Shown here piece after piece: positions 47,424 to 56,954 of a stretch of DNA of 64,000 bases. Positions within the stretch are counted from its first letter, which is position 1. Every line of letters begins with the position of its first letter. This DNA comes from Anaerolineales bacterium (lineage in GTDB: Bacteria; Chloroflexota; Anaerolineae; Anaerolineales; RBG-16-64-43), in contig JBEKHT010000001.1 in NCBI GenBank assembly GCA_050012135.1, positions 83,095 to 147,094 on the forward strand, in the 5' to 3' direction. A program made the translations under genes and the position numbers. The notes under the pieces were generated by a model. That model was given only the letters and a program-made list of their open reading frames with translations, was not told the origin of the DNA and did not search any database.

Positions 47424-48404
47424 ATGGCCCGGCCAGAGGGCGCTGAGCTCGTGCGCGTGGAGCGCCTGGTCATGCATTTCCCCGTCCGGGCGGGAGTGTT
47501 CCAGCGCATCCGCGGTTGGGTCAAGGCCGTCGATGATGTCTCCTTCACGGTGCACCGCGGCGAGACCTTGGGCCTGGTCGGCGAGTCCGGTTGCGGCAAG
47601 ACCACCGTGGGCCGAAGCATTCTGCGCTTGATCCCCGCCACCTCGGGCAAAGTCTATTTTGGAGAACAGGACGTTTTCCGCCTCTCTCCGGGCGAACTGA
47701 AAGCCCTCCGCCGCGACATGCAGATCATCTTCCAGGATCCCTACTCTTCTCTGGACCCGCGCATGCTGGTCGGGGACAGCATTGCCGAGGGACTGCAGAT
47801 TCACGGCATCGGCAGCAAGAAAGAACGCTACCAGACGATGCTCGAGATGCTGCGCAAGGTAGGCCTGGAGGATTATCACGCCCGTCGATACCCCCACGAG
47901 TTCTCGGGGGGCCAGAGACAGCGAATTGGGATCGCTCGCGCGTTGGCCCTGCGCCCCAAGTTTATTGTGTGCGACGAACCCGTCTCGGCGCTCGATGTCT
48001 CGATCCAATCGCAGGTGCTCAATATCCTCAAGGACCTCCAGAAGGAATTTGGTCTCACCTATCTCTTCATTGCCCACAACCTTTCAGTGGTGGAGCACAT
48101 ATCGGACCGGGTGGTGGTAATGTACCTGGGCAAGATTGTCGAAATCGCGGAGCGGGAGGATCTCTACCGCAACCCCCTCCACCCCTACACCCAGGCCCTG
48201 ATGTCGGCCATCCCGGTTCCCAACCCGAAGCTCAAGCGAGATCGGATTATCCTTTCCGGGGATGTTCCCAGCCCGCTTAATCCCCCTTCCGGCTGCAACT
48301 TTCATACACGCTGCCCGGTGGCCATGGCGATTTGCTCGCAGGAGGAACCCACGGTGCGGGAGGTCGCGCCGCGCCACTGGGCGAATTGTTGGCGTGTGCA
48401 ATAG
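47424..48404 (+). CDS. Peptide ABC transporter ATP-binding protein (OppF type), copy 2
   Basis: Contains [24 protein letters not shown] and [12 protein letters not shown]. The start is ATG 47424, or GTG 47409 overlapping the upstream stop. Confidence 0.88.
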   Translation: MARPEGAELVRVERLVMHFPVRAGVFQRIRGWVKAVDDVSFTVHRGETLGLVGESGCGKTTVGRSILRLIPATSGKVYFGEQDVFRLSPGELKALRRDMQIIFQDPYSSLDPRMLVGDSIAEGLQIHGIGSKKERYQTMLEMLRKVGLEDYHARRYPHEFSGGQRQRIGIARALALRPKFIVCDEPVSALDVSIQSQVLNILKDLQKEFGLTYLFIAHNLSVVEHISDRVVVMYLGKIVEIAEREDLYRNPLHPYTQALMSAIPVPNPKLKRDRIILSGDVPSPLNPPSGCNFHTRCPVAMAICSQEEPTVREVAPRHWANCWRVQ

Positions 48405-48456
48405 GCCAGAACCCTTCTTCCGATCGCTGCTCTTGCCCCCAGCGCACACTTGACCG

Positions 48457-49377
48457 ATGACGGACATCCAACGCCCCCGGGGCCGGCTTCATCCTCTCCT
48501 GCGAGTAATCTTGTATCTTCTCACGACGGTTGTCTTGGGGCAGCTCGTCGTGGGCCTGTTGCTTGGAGTGGCGCTCGCGGCGATCACCTTCCTCCTGAGG
48601 CCCCTGCGCTCCGAGTTGCTGGCCGACTGGATGCGAATGGTCGAGGCCAACCAGATCCCCACCGGCCTGCTCTTTCTCTCGGTGGTGGTCGACTTGGCCT
48701 GGATCGTCGCCGTGACCTGGATCTTCCTGCGGGGGCTGAATCGGGAGGGCTGGGCCTCCATCGGGCTCCGTCCCGGGGACTTCCTGGCGAGCAGCCTTTT
48801 GGGCCTCGCCCTCGGAGGGGCGACGTTCTTCCTGGTCGGCCTGGTTTTCTGGATTGAGGGGTGGGCCCAATTCACCTGGGACCGGCCGCTGGCTGGCCTG
48901 GCGAGCATGGTGGCCGTGGTCCTGCCGGCGGCCGTCGCGGAGGAGATCGCCTTTCGAGGTTACGTCCTGGGCACGCTTCGGCGTTGGAAGGGCTGGCCAT
49001 TGGGGATTGGGCTTTCCTCCGTGCTCTTTTCTCTCGCCCACGGCCTCAACCCCAGTCTCAATTGGCTGGCCCTGCTCAACATCGCCCTGGCGGGGCTGGC
49101 TTTTTCTCTGGCTGTGCGCTGGAAGGGCACTCTCTGGCTACCGCTTGGCTTTCATTTTGCCTGGAACTACGCCCAGGGGCCCGTGCTGGGCCTGCCGGTC
49201 AGTGGCCTCACGGCGTTTGGGGTGGGTTCAACCTCCCGGCTGGTCGGTCCGGTCCTGTGGACCGGGGGTAGTTTTGGCCCGGAAGGAGGATTAACGGTGA
49301 CCGCCGTGGTCGGGGCGGCTTGCGTGATCCTGTGGGTTCTCAGTCGGATGAGGGCAGGGAGAAAGCCGGCGGAGTAA
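48457..49377 (+). CDS. CPBP-family intramembrane glutamic endopeptidase (CAAX protease-like)
   Basis: Motifs EEIAFRGY, FSLAHG and HFAWN. It is polytopic. Confidence 0.85.
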   Translation: MTDIQRPRGRLHPLLRVILYLLTTVVLGQLVVGLLLGVALAAITFLLRPLRSELLADWMRMVEANQIPTGLLFLSVVVDLAWIVAVTWIFLRGLNREGWASIGLRPGDFLASSLLGLALGGATFFLVGLVFWIEGWAQFTWDRPLAGLASMVAVVLPAAVAEEIAFRGYVLGTLRRWKGWPLGIGLSSVLFSLAHGLNPSLNWLALLNIALAGLAFSLAVRWKGTLWLPLGFHFAWNYAQGPVLGLPVSGLTAFGVGSTSRLVGPVLWTGGSFGPEGGLTVTAVVGAACVILWVLSRMRAGRKPAE

Positions 49378-49424
49378 CACCGGGCCCGATGCGATCCGCT
49401 TCGCGCCAGGGGAGTTGGAGGGCA

Positions 49425-49433
49425 TGTTACAAT
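49425..49433 (+). promoter_or_regulatory. Extended -10 element TGTTACAAT
   Basis: Sequence read directly. It lies about 170 nt upstream of tRNA-Gln. Confidence 0.35.
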
Positions 49434-49601
49434 CCTCTGGGTCGCCGATCGCGATGATCTGCACAGACCAGGGGGCGGCCACGTGCGGATGCCGACGTGG
49501 ACGGGAAGGTTAGTCGATCGCCCTCCGCACGAGTCGGTCCATCCCGGAAGGCCTCCTCAGGAATAAGTCGGCCCAACAATTCATGGAAGGTTCCCCTTTG
49601 T

Positions 49602-49672
49602 TGGGGCGTGGTGCAAAGGCAGCACACCGGACTTTGAATCCGTGGATCTAGGTTCGAATCCTGGCGCCCCAG
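49602..49672 (+). tRNA. tRNA-Gln (anticodon UUG)
   Basis: Hand-folded cloverleaf. The acceptor pairs UGGGGCG with CGCCCCA. The D stem is GUGC/GCAC. The anticodon loop is CUUUGAA. The T arm is CUAGG-UUCGAAU-CCUGG. The discriminator is G, and no CCA is encoded. Confidence 0.9.
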
Positions 49673-49823
49673 CCTCAGCTTTTCTCCTTCCGGCTCCCGC
49701 TCGAGACTTGGTCTCCTGGAGCGTAGCGGTCCATCCCAGCGCCCCGGGGAAGAGGGTGCGCTCCTCTCACTCACTGAAACGCGATCCTCACGAAAGCTCT
49801 CCCCCAGCGTCTTTGAAGGTGAC

Positions 49824-51182
49824 ATGATGACTACTCGAGGCATCGTACTCGCCGCAGGGCTTGGCATCCGCATGAAATCGGAGATCCCCAAGGTCCTTCA
49901 TCTCCTGGGAGGACGAGCGCTTATCCACTATGCCCTGGAAGCGGTAGGGGAAGCCACGGGTTCTCCGCCCGCGTTGGTCATCGGGCCTGGGGCCGACCGA
50001 ATTCGCGAGGAGGTGGGTCCGGCGGCGCAATTCGTTGTTCAGGAGGAGATCCTGGGCACGGCCCACGCCGTTCGACAGGTGCAGGGTCTTCTGGCGGGGC
50101 AGGCCGACTCCATTCTGATCGCCTACGGAGACATGCCGCTTCTGACCGCCCCGACGCTCCGAGGTCTGATCGAGGCCGCCTCCCGGCACCCTGGGCCGCT
50201 GGCCTTCTTGGTGGGTCAAGGGGGGGAGGCCAGAGGCTTTGGCCGTGTCCTGCGCGACCGGCTGGGTCGCGTGCGGAAGGTGATCGAAGAGGCCCAGGCC
50301 ACGCCGGAGGAGCTCGCGACGGAGGAGATCAACCTGGGAGTGTACTGTGTCCGCGAGGCATGGCTGTGGGAGGCTCTGGCCCGGGTCCGACCCTCCCCCC
50401 AGGGGGAATACTACTTGACCGGCTTGATCGAAATGGCGAGCGAGTCGGGGGCGGGCGCCCAGGCCATCCCCGTCCGGGATCCGGATGAGTGGATCGGGAT
50501 TAACACCCGCGTTCACCTGGCTCAGGCGGAGGCCGCCTTGAGAGGCCGCACGAATCACCGCTGGATGGAATCCGGCGTGACGCTGGTCGATCCCGCGACC
50601 ACCTACATTGGCCCCGAGGTCGGGATCGGCGCGGATACGGTGATCCTCCCCAACACGCATCTGGAAGGGGCGACCCAGGTCGGGCGGGATTGCTGGATTG
50701 GGCCGAACACCTTGGTGCGTGAAAGCCACATCGGCAACGGCTGCCGGATCGAGGCCTCGGTTCTGGAAGAGGCAACCCTCGAGGAGCAGGTCCAGGTGGG
50801 GCCCTTTGCCCATTTGCGTTCGGGGGCCCATCTGGCGCCGGGCGTCCACATGGGCAACTTCGGCGAGGTCAAGAACTCTTATCTGGGTCCCGGGACAAAG
50901 ATGGGGCACTTCAGCTACGTTGGGGATGCGCAAGTGGGGCCGGAGGTGAACTTGGGGGCGGGAACCGTCACCTGCAACTTTGATGGCCGACGGAAGAACC
51001 CGACCGAGATCGGCGAGGGGGCCTTCATTGGAAGCGATACGATGTTGGTGGCGCCGATCCGGGTGGGCAAGGGGGCTCGCACCGGGGCCGGCTCGGTGGT
51101 GACGCGGGATGTGCCGGATCACACCTTGGCCGTTGGTGCGCCGGCTCGCAATCTGCGCCGCCTGGAGCCGCGGGATGAATGA
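49824..51182 (+). CDS. glmU: Bifunctional UDP-N-acetylglucosamine pyrophosphorylase / glucosamine-1-phosphate N-acetyltransferase
   Basis: N-terminal LAAGLGIRMKS nucleotidyltransferase region and C-terminal left-handed beta-helix hexapeptide repeats. Confidence 0.92.
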   Translation: MMTTRGIVLAAGLGIRMKSEIPKVLHLLGGRALIHYALEAVGEATGSPPALVIGPGADRIREEVGPAAQFVVQEEILGTAHAVRQVQGLLAGQADSILIAYGDMPLLTAPTLRGLIEAASRHPGPLAFLVGQGGEARGFGRVLRDRLGRVRKVIEEAQATPEELATEEINLGVYCVREAWLWEALARVRPSPQGEYYLTGLIEMASESGAGAQAIPVRDPDEWIGINTRVHLAQAEAALRGRTNHRWMESGVTLVDPATTYIGPEVGIGADTVILPNTHLEGATQVGRDCWIGPNTLVRESHIGNGCRIEASVLEEATLEEQVQVGPFAHLRSGAHLAPGVHMGNFGEVKNSYLGPGTKMGHFSYVGDAQVGPEVNLGAGTVTCNFDGRRKNPTEIGEGAFIGSDTMLVAPIRVGKGARTGAGSVVTRDVPDHTLAVGAPARNLRRLEPRDE

Positions 51183-52491
51183 AGCGGGCCTGGGGCCGAA
51201 CCCTTGGGTTTGGGTACCTCCCCTGGTTCTCTTCCTCCTGAACTGTGCCGTCGCGTCGGGTCGCGCCGCCCTCGTCAATGCGCACCGTCCTCAGCTCGCT
51301 CTCTGGCGGGAGGCCGGTCAAGCCGGGGCTTCGCTGGCAGAGCGAGTGGCCGGGGAATCCCGCCGTCTCATTACGGCCTCGCGCACGGCGCAGATGGTCC
51401 TGCGAGTAGCCCTGGTAATTGCCTTCGTCCGCCTAGCCGACGCCGTGTGGATCCCCCTGCACTCGACGTGGTTGGGCACACTCGCGGCGGAGATCGCTGG
51501 TCTGCTTCTGATCGCGTTTCTGATGGCGTCGGGTGAAACCCTGGCGGAAACCCTGGCCATACGCGCTCCAGACCGGGCCAGCCTTTTTTTCGCCCCTCTG
51601 ATGGCGGGGCTGGAAGTCTTGTTTTCCCCCTTTGCGTGGATTGTGTTGAGGTTGGGGGGAGGTCCGAGCGGGCCGAAAGGCGGAGCCGCAGTCGTGACCG
51701 AAGAGGAGATCAAGACCCTGATTGAAGTCGGGAGGGAGGGGGGAACGATTGAACCGACGGAGAAAGCGATGCTTCTCTCGATCTTCCAACTCGGGCATAC
51801 CCTGGTGCGAGAAGTGATGACGCCCCGCATGGACCTGCAGGCCGTCGAGATGCGTGCGACCGTTCCGCAATGCGTGGATCTGTTGCTCCCTCACGGTCAT
51901 TCCCGTCTGCCCGTATTTGATCAAAGCATCGACCACGTGGTTGGGTTGGTCCACGCCAAGGATCTGCTGCGCGCTATGCGCGAGGGCGGGCGAACGAGCT
52001 TGCAGGAGCTCCTGCGACCGATCTATTTCGTGCCCGAAGCCAAGCCGGCGGGGGAGCTCCTGGCCGAGCTTCAATCTCAGCATATTCATATGGCCGTTGT
52101 CGTCGACGAGTACGGAGGCACAGCGGGATTGGTGACCATCGAAGACTTGCTGGAAGAGATCGTGGGAGAAATCCGCGATGAATATGATGCGGGCGAGGAG
52201 GCCCCGGTTGTCCGACTGGCCAGCCAGGAATACTTGCTCGACGCCCGAATGAACCTCGCCGACGTCAATGAGGTTCTGGGAACCCATCTCTCCGATGAAT
52301 TCGGGGACACGCTGGGGGGATTGCTCTACGCCCAACTGGGCAAGGTGCCTGAGCGAGGGGAATCGGCCTGGGCCGAAGGATACCGCCTGGTCGTAGAACA
52401 AATCTCGGGTCGCCGCATCCGAAAGGTCCGTGCCGTGCGCATCTCGGAAAACCTCGATCCACCCACCAAGGAGGTGGAGCGTGAGCCCTGA
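51175..52491 (+). CDS. CNNM/HlyC-CorC family protein, second paralogue
   Basis: DUF21 TM region, a CBS pair, and DEYGGTAGLVTIEDLLEEIVGEI. The start at ATG 51175 overlaps the glmU stop by 8 nt. Confidence 0.82.
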   Translation: MNEAGLGPNPWVWVPPLVLFLLNCAVASGRAALVNAHRPQLALWREAGQAGASLAERVAGESRRLITASRTAQMVLRVALVIAFVRLADAVWIPLHSTWLGTLAAEIAGLLLIAFLMASGETLAETLAIRAPDRASLFFAPLMAGLEVLFSPFAWIVLRLGGGPSGPKGGAAVVTEEEIKTLIEVGREGGTIEPTEKAMLLSIFQLGHTLVREVMTPRMDLQAVEMRATVPQCVDLLLPHGHSRLPVFDQSIDHVVGLVHAKDLLRAMREGGRTSLQELLRPIYFVPEAKPAGELLAELQSQHIHMAVVVDEYGGTAGLVTIEDLLEEIVGEIRDEYDAGEEAPVVRLASQEYLLDARMNLADVNEVLGTHLSDEFGDTLGGLLYAQLGKVPERGESAWAEGYRLVVEQISGRRIRKVRAVRISENLDPPTKEVEREP

Positions 52492-52915
52492 GGAATGCAG
52501 CGAACTCGTTCGGTCCGCACGTTTATCCCGGGAGAACGCGTATGCCCCCTACTCGCGTTACGCCGTGGGAGCCGCGCTGCTTTCGGAGTCGGGAGCCCTC
52601 TACCGGGGAGCGAATGTGGAGAACGCCGCCTATCCGACGGGTTTGTGCGCAGAGCGGGTCGCACTCTTCTCCGCCGTGGCCTCGGGTGAGCGCAGGTTTC
52701 GGGGGATCGCCGTCGTGACCCAGGATGGGGGTTTCCCTTGCGGAGCCTGCCGGCAGGCGCTCGCGGAATTCGGACCCAGCTTGGAAATTCTGGTGGCGGA
52801 TGAGTCCGAGAAGATCCGCTGGGCCGGGACCCTGTCTGAACTGTTGCCACACGTCTTCAATGCCGAGAGCCTGCGAAGCTCTCAGCGGGATACCCCTCCC
52901 GGCCTCGGGCAGTAG
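52481..52915 (+). CDS. cdd: Cytidine deaminase
   Basis: Zinc motifs CAERVA and PCGACRQ. The GTG start at 52481 gives the typical length of about 144 aa. Confidence 0.85.
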   Translation: MSPEECSELVRSARLSRENAYAPYSRYAVGAALLSESGALYRGANVENAAYPTGLCAERVALFSAVASGERRFRGIAVVTQDGGFPCGACRQALAEFGPSLEILVADESEKIRWAGTLSELLPHVFNAESLRSSQRDTPPGLGQ

Positions 52916-52959
52916 GGCCTCTCCGAGGCGTGAAGTGCGCCTGGAAAGCGTGTGAGCGG

Positions 52960-53739
52960 ATGAGCCGGGCGAGTCGCGAGCGGGTCTATCGAACGGAAGC
53001 GATCATTCTTCGGCGTCGAAACTGGGGAGAAGCCGACCGAATCCTCACCCTCTTCTCTCCCCTGCGGGGCAAGTTCCGGGCCAAAGCGGTTGGCGTTCGC
53101 AAGCCCCGCTCGCGCAAGGCGGGTCACCTGGAACCCTTCACGCGGACCATGCTCCTGCTGGCAAGAGGTCGGGAACTGGACATCATTACGCAGGCCGAGA
53201 CCGTGGAGGCCTATCGCGCGCTGCGGGAGGACTTGGTCCGCCTGGCGTCGGCAACTTATGCCGCCGAGCTTCTCGACCGGTTCTCGCCGGAGGAAGTCGA
53301 AAACCTGAAGGCCTATGAGCTCTTGGGCTCCACCTTGGGAGCCCTCTGCCGGGCCTCTGCGGTGGAACCCATCTTGCGCTCCTACGACCTGCACCTTCTG
53401 GAGGCTTTGGGCTATCGTCCCCAATTGGGTTCCTGCACGGTTGGCCAGGAGGACATTCTCCCCCAGGACCAGTTCTTTAGTCCCTCCCGGGGAGGGGTGG
53501 TATGCCCAACGTGCGCCAGCTTGGCTCCTGACTCTCAGCCTCTGTCACTGGGAGCCTTGAGAGTCATGCGCCATCTTCAGCGGGAGAATCTTGGCGCGGT
53601 GGAGAACCTCAAGGTCAGCCCGAAGGTAGCCGCGGAGGTCGAGCTCATCCTCCAGGGCTACATCCTGCACCTGCTGGAACGGCCCCTGAAGTCTCCACCC
53701 TTCCTGCATGAGGTCGCAGGGGCGGGCCCTCTTCGCTGA
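52960..53739 (+). CDS. recO: DNA repair protein RecO
   Basis: OB-fold N-terminus [24 protein letters not shown] and a zinc-finger-like C..C in the C-terminal half. Confidence 0.88.
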   Translation: MSRASRERVYRTEAIILRRRNWGEADRILTLFSPLRGKFRAKAVGVRKPRSRKAGHLEPFTRTMLLLARGRELDIITQAETVEAYRALREDLVRLASATYAAELLDRFSPEEVENLKAYELLGSTLGALCRASAVEPILRSYDLHLLEALGYRPQLGSCTVGQEDILPQDQFFSPSRGGVVCPTCASLAPDSQPLSLGALRVMRHLQRENLGAVENLKVSPKVAAEVELILQGYILHLLERPLKSPPFLHEVAGAGPLR

Positions 53740-53780
53740 CCGCGGGTTTCGCCTCGGCGAGGCTGCGGTTGGCTCTCCGT

Positions 53781-53789
53781 TGTTATAAT
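53781..53789 (+). promoter_or_regulatory. Extended -10 element TGTTATAAT upstream of glyQS
   Basis: Sequence read directly. It lies 61 nt upstream of ATG 53850. Confidence 0.45.
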
Positions 53790-53849
53790 CGTGGCTCCAT
53801 TATCTCAGCACAAGGATCCTCAAGCGCCAGCCGAGGAAGACAGGCCCTC

Positions 53850-56800
53850 ATGACCCCACCCACCTTTCAGCGGGTTATTCTCGACTTGCAGGAATTCTGG
53901 GAGCGCCAGGGATGTCTGATCTGGCAGCCCTACTACACCCAGGTCGGAGCAGGCACCATGAACCCGGCGACCTTCCTGCGAGTGCTTGGCCCGGAGCCCT
54001 GGCGGGTCGCCTATGTGGAACCCTCGGTCCGTCCGGCGGATGGTCGTTACGGCGAGAACCCCAACCGCCTGGGCCAGTACTACCAGTTCCAGGTGATCTT
54101 GAAACCGGACCCGGGCAACCCGCAGGAGATCTTTCTCGATTCGCTGGAGGCCCTTGGGATTCCACTCAAGGAACACGACATTCGTTTCGTCGAGGACAAC
54201 TGGGAGCAGCCCGCCCTGGGAGCCTGGGGACTGGGCTGGGAAGTCTGGCTGGACGGACAGGAAATCGCACAGTTCACCTACTTTCAGCAAGCCGGAGGCG
54301 TTCCCCTGGAAGTGCCCTCCGTGGAGATTACCTACGGCATCGAGCGCATCCTCATGACGCTCCAGAAGGTTTCCCACTTCAAGGAGATCCGCTGGGTCGC
54401 GGACGTCACCTATGGGGACGTGCTCTTGCAGAGCGAGCAGGAGCACAGTCGCTACAACTTCGAGACGGCGGATGTTGGGCGCCTGCGAGCTGCTTATGGG
54501 CTGTTCGCGGAGGAGGCTCGCGCGGCCCTGGCGGCCGGTCTGGTTCTGCCGGCCCACGACTACGTGCTCAAGTGCTCCCACACCTTCAATGTCATGGATG
54601 CGCGCGGTTCAGTCGGGGTCACCGAGCGGGCGCACTTCTTTGGACAAATGAGACAGCTTGCCTCCCAGGTGGCGCGGGCCTACCTGGATCAGCGCCGGGC
54701 GCTGGGGTTTCCGCTGGCCAGCAAGTTTCCGAGACCGAACCCAGAGCCCCTGCCCAGAGCGCAAGCGGCGACCGGGCTGCCCGGGGAAGCGGCCAGCCTG
54801 GGCCCGGCCCCCTTCCTGCTCGAAATCGGAACGGAGGAGCTGCCTTCCGGCGACCTGGACCAGGCCCTGGAGCAACTCGGATCGGCCTTCCGTCGCCTCG
54901 TATTGGATGCCCATCGCCTCCCCTACCGCGGCTTGGAGATTCTCGGTACCCCTAGGCGCTTGGTCATCCATGTCGACGAGATGGCCCCTCGCACGGAGGC
55001 CAGCCGAGAGTTGGTCAAGGGTCCAGCGGAGACGGCGGCCTTCGACCCGGAGGGAAAGCCCACCCCGGCGCTGTTGGGCTGGGCTCGCAAGAATGGCATT
55101 GGAGAGGCGGCCCTCGGCCCGGGTCTGATCCGGGAGATTGGAGGGCGGCGGTATGTTGCCCTGGAGGTTGCCGTGGAGGGGGAGGGCACGGTCGACTTGC
55201 TGGCCGCCCTTCTGCCGGTCGTCCTGGGTGAGATCCGTTTTGACAAGACCGTGCGTTGGAACGCGACGGGGGTTCCCTTCTCGCGGCCGATCCGCTGGTT
55301 GGTGGCGCTGTTTGGCGGCCGGGTGGTCGAGTTCGAGTTCGCGGGCGTGAGAAGCGACCGCGTCACGCGAGGCCTGAGGCTTTCGGCCGCGGAAGAAATC
55401 GTGGTCGCGACGCCGCCGTCCTATTTTGAGGGGATGAAGGCGGAGGGCATCGAGCTTTCCGTCCCGCTCCGGCGGGCCGAGATCTGGAGTCAGGTTGGAA
55501 CGCTTGCCCGGGAGGCGGGCGGAACGATCCGCGAGGACCCAAGATTGCTGGCGGAAGTTGCCAATCTGGTGGAATCTCCCCGCGCCCTGCGTGGGTCGTT
55601 TGACCCCGCCTACCTGGACCTGCCCCCCGAAGTTCTGGTCTCGGTGATGAAGAGACATCAGAGATACTTCCCCATTGAGAAGAAGGGAAAGCTCCTGCCC
55701 TACTTCGTGACGGTGCGGAATGGGGACGACCGAGGCGTGGAGATGGTGCGAGAGGGTAACGAGCACGTGCTGCGGGCGCGATTCGCGGACGCGGAGTACT
55801 TCATCCGCGAAGATCGCAAGCATCCCTTGGAGCAGTTCCTTCCCCGTCTGGGCACCCTGACCTTCCAGACCCGCCTAGGATCGATGCTCGAGAAATCGCG
55901 CCGGGTCGAAACGTTGGTAGAGGGGCTGATCCCTCTGGTCGGCCTGGCGCCTGTGCAGGCGGAGGCGGCGCGAAGGGCAGCGCATCTGTGCAAAGCCGAC
56001 CTGGTCACGCAAATGGTGGTTGAGATGACTTCCCTGCAGGGGGTGATGGGCCGATATTATGCGCTGGACTCAGGCGAGAGCCCGGAAACCGCCCTGGCCA
56101 TCTATGAGCACTATTTGCCCCGAGGCGCCGAGGATGAACTGCCTCAATCGGGGGCAGGCGTGGCCGTGGGCTTGGCGGATCGACTCGATTCGCTGGCCGG
56201 CCTTTTTGCGGTGGGCCTGGTCCCCTCGGGGACCAGCGACCCATTTGCACTGCGTCGGGCGGCGATCGGGATCGTGCAGACCCTAATCTCGCGTGCAATT
56301 TCTTTCGACCTGCGCCGAGGAATTGACCTGGCCGTGGCTCTCCAGCCGGTCGCGGTGACGACGGAAGTGCCGGTTGAGGTGTTTGAATTCCTGCTGGGAA
56401 GGTTGAAGGCCGTTCTGAGTGATTCGGGTCTGCGCCACGACGTGGTGGAGGCCGTTGTCGCGGAATGCGGGCACGATCCGCACCAGGCGCGCGAGATGGC
56501 GCTCGAGCTCACTCACTGGATGCAGAGATCCGATTGGCCGCAGATTCTCGCGGCCTACGCCCGCTGCGTTCGCATCACCCGGGATTTTCGCGAGAGTTTC
56601 GCGGTCGAACCGCAACGGTTTGCAATCTCGGCCGAAGCAGAATTGTGGGAGGCGGTTCAGCGCCTTGAGTCCCTGGCCCGGGATTTGGTGGCGCGCCACA
56701 CATGGACTTTGAATGGCTGGCTGGAGGCATTCGTCCCGATGGTCCCGAGGATCTCAAAGTTCTTTGAGGATGTGCTGGTCATGGCCGAAGAGGAGCCCTT

Positions 56801-56885
56801 GCGCAAGAATCGACTGGGACTCCTGCAGCACATTGCTCGTCTTCCAAAGGGACTGGTCGACCTTTCGAAACTTGAGGGCTTTTGA
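53850..56885 (+). CDS. glyQS: Glycine--tRNA ligase, fused alpha and beta subunits
   Basis: The N-terminal region of about 290 aa is GlyQ-like ([18 protein letters not shown]...[14 protein letters not shown]). The remainder is GlyS-like (RRYFPI, anticodon-binding end). It is one ORF. Confidence 0.9.
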   Translation: MTPPTFQRVILDLQEFWERQGCLIWQPYYTQVGAGTMNPATFLRVLGPEPWRVAYVEPSVRPADGRYGENPNRLGQYYQFQVILKPDPGNPQEIFLDSLEALGIPLKEHDIRFVEDNWEQPALGAWGLGWEVWLDGQEIAQFTYFQQAGGVPLEVPSVEITYGIERILMTLQKVSHFKEIRWVADVTYGDVLLQSEQEHSRYNFETADVGRLRAAYGLFAEEARAALAAGLVLPAHDYVLKCSHTFNVMDARGSVGVTERAHFFGQMRQLASQVARAYLDQRRALGFPLASKFPRPNPEPLPRAQAATGLPGEAASLGPAPFLLEIGTEELPSGDLDQALEQLGSAFRRLVLDAHRLPYRGLEILGTPRRLVIHVDEMAPRTEASRELVKGPAETAAFDPEGKPTPALLGWARKNGIGEAALGPGLIREIGGRRYVALEVAVEGEGTVDLLAALLPVVLGEIRFDKTVRWNATGVPFSRPIRWLVALFGGRVVEFEFAGVRSDRVTRGLRLSAAEEIVVATPPSYFEGMKAEGIELSVPLRRAEIWSQVGTLAREAGGTIREDPRLLAEVANLVESPRALRGSFDPAYLDLPPEVLVSVMKRHQRYFPIEKKGKLLPYFVTVRNGDDRGVEMVREGNEHVLRARFADAEYFIREDRKHPLEQFLPRLGTLTFQTRLGSMLEKSRRVETLVEGLIPLVGLAPVQAEAARRAAHLCKADLVTQMVVEMTSLQGVMGRYYALDSGESPETALAIYEHYLPRGAEDELPQSGAGVAVGLADRLDSLAGLFAVGLVPSGTSDPFALRRAAIGIVQTLISRAISFDLRRGIDLAVALQPVAVTTEVPVEVFEFLLGRLKAVLSDSGLRHDVVEAVVAECGHDPHQAREMALELTHWMQRSDWPQILAAYARCVRITRDFRESFAVEPQRFAISAEAELWEAVQRLESLARDLVARHTWTLNGWLEAFVPMVPRISKFFEDVLVMAEEEPLRKNRLGLLQHIARLPKGLVDLSKLEGF

Positions 56886-56896
56886 GAACCCCGCCG

Positions 56897-56923
56897 TTGC
56901 GACCCGGACGGCTGTGCTATACT
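56897..56923 (+). promoter_or_regulatory. Promoter TTGCGA-N15-(TGc)TATACT upstream of the TPR gene
   Basis: Sequence read directly. The spacer is short. Confidence 0.35.
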
Positions 56924-56954
56924 GATGGACCAACGCGTCTTCTGAGAGCAGGCA

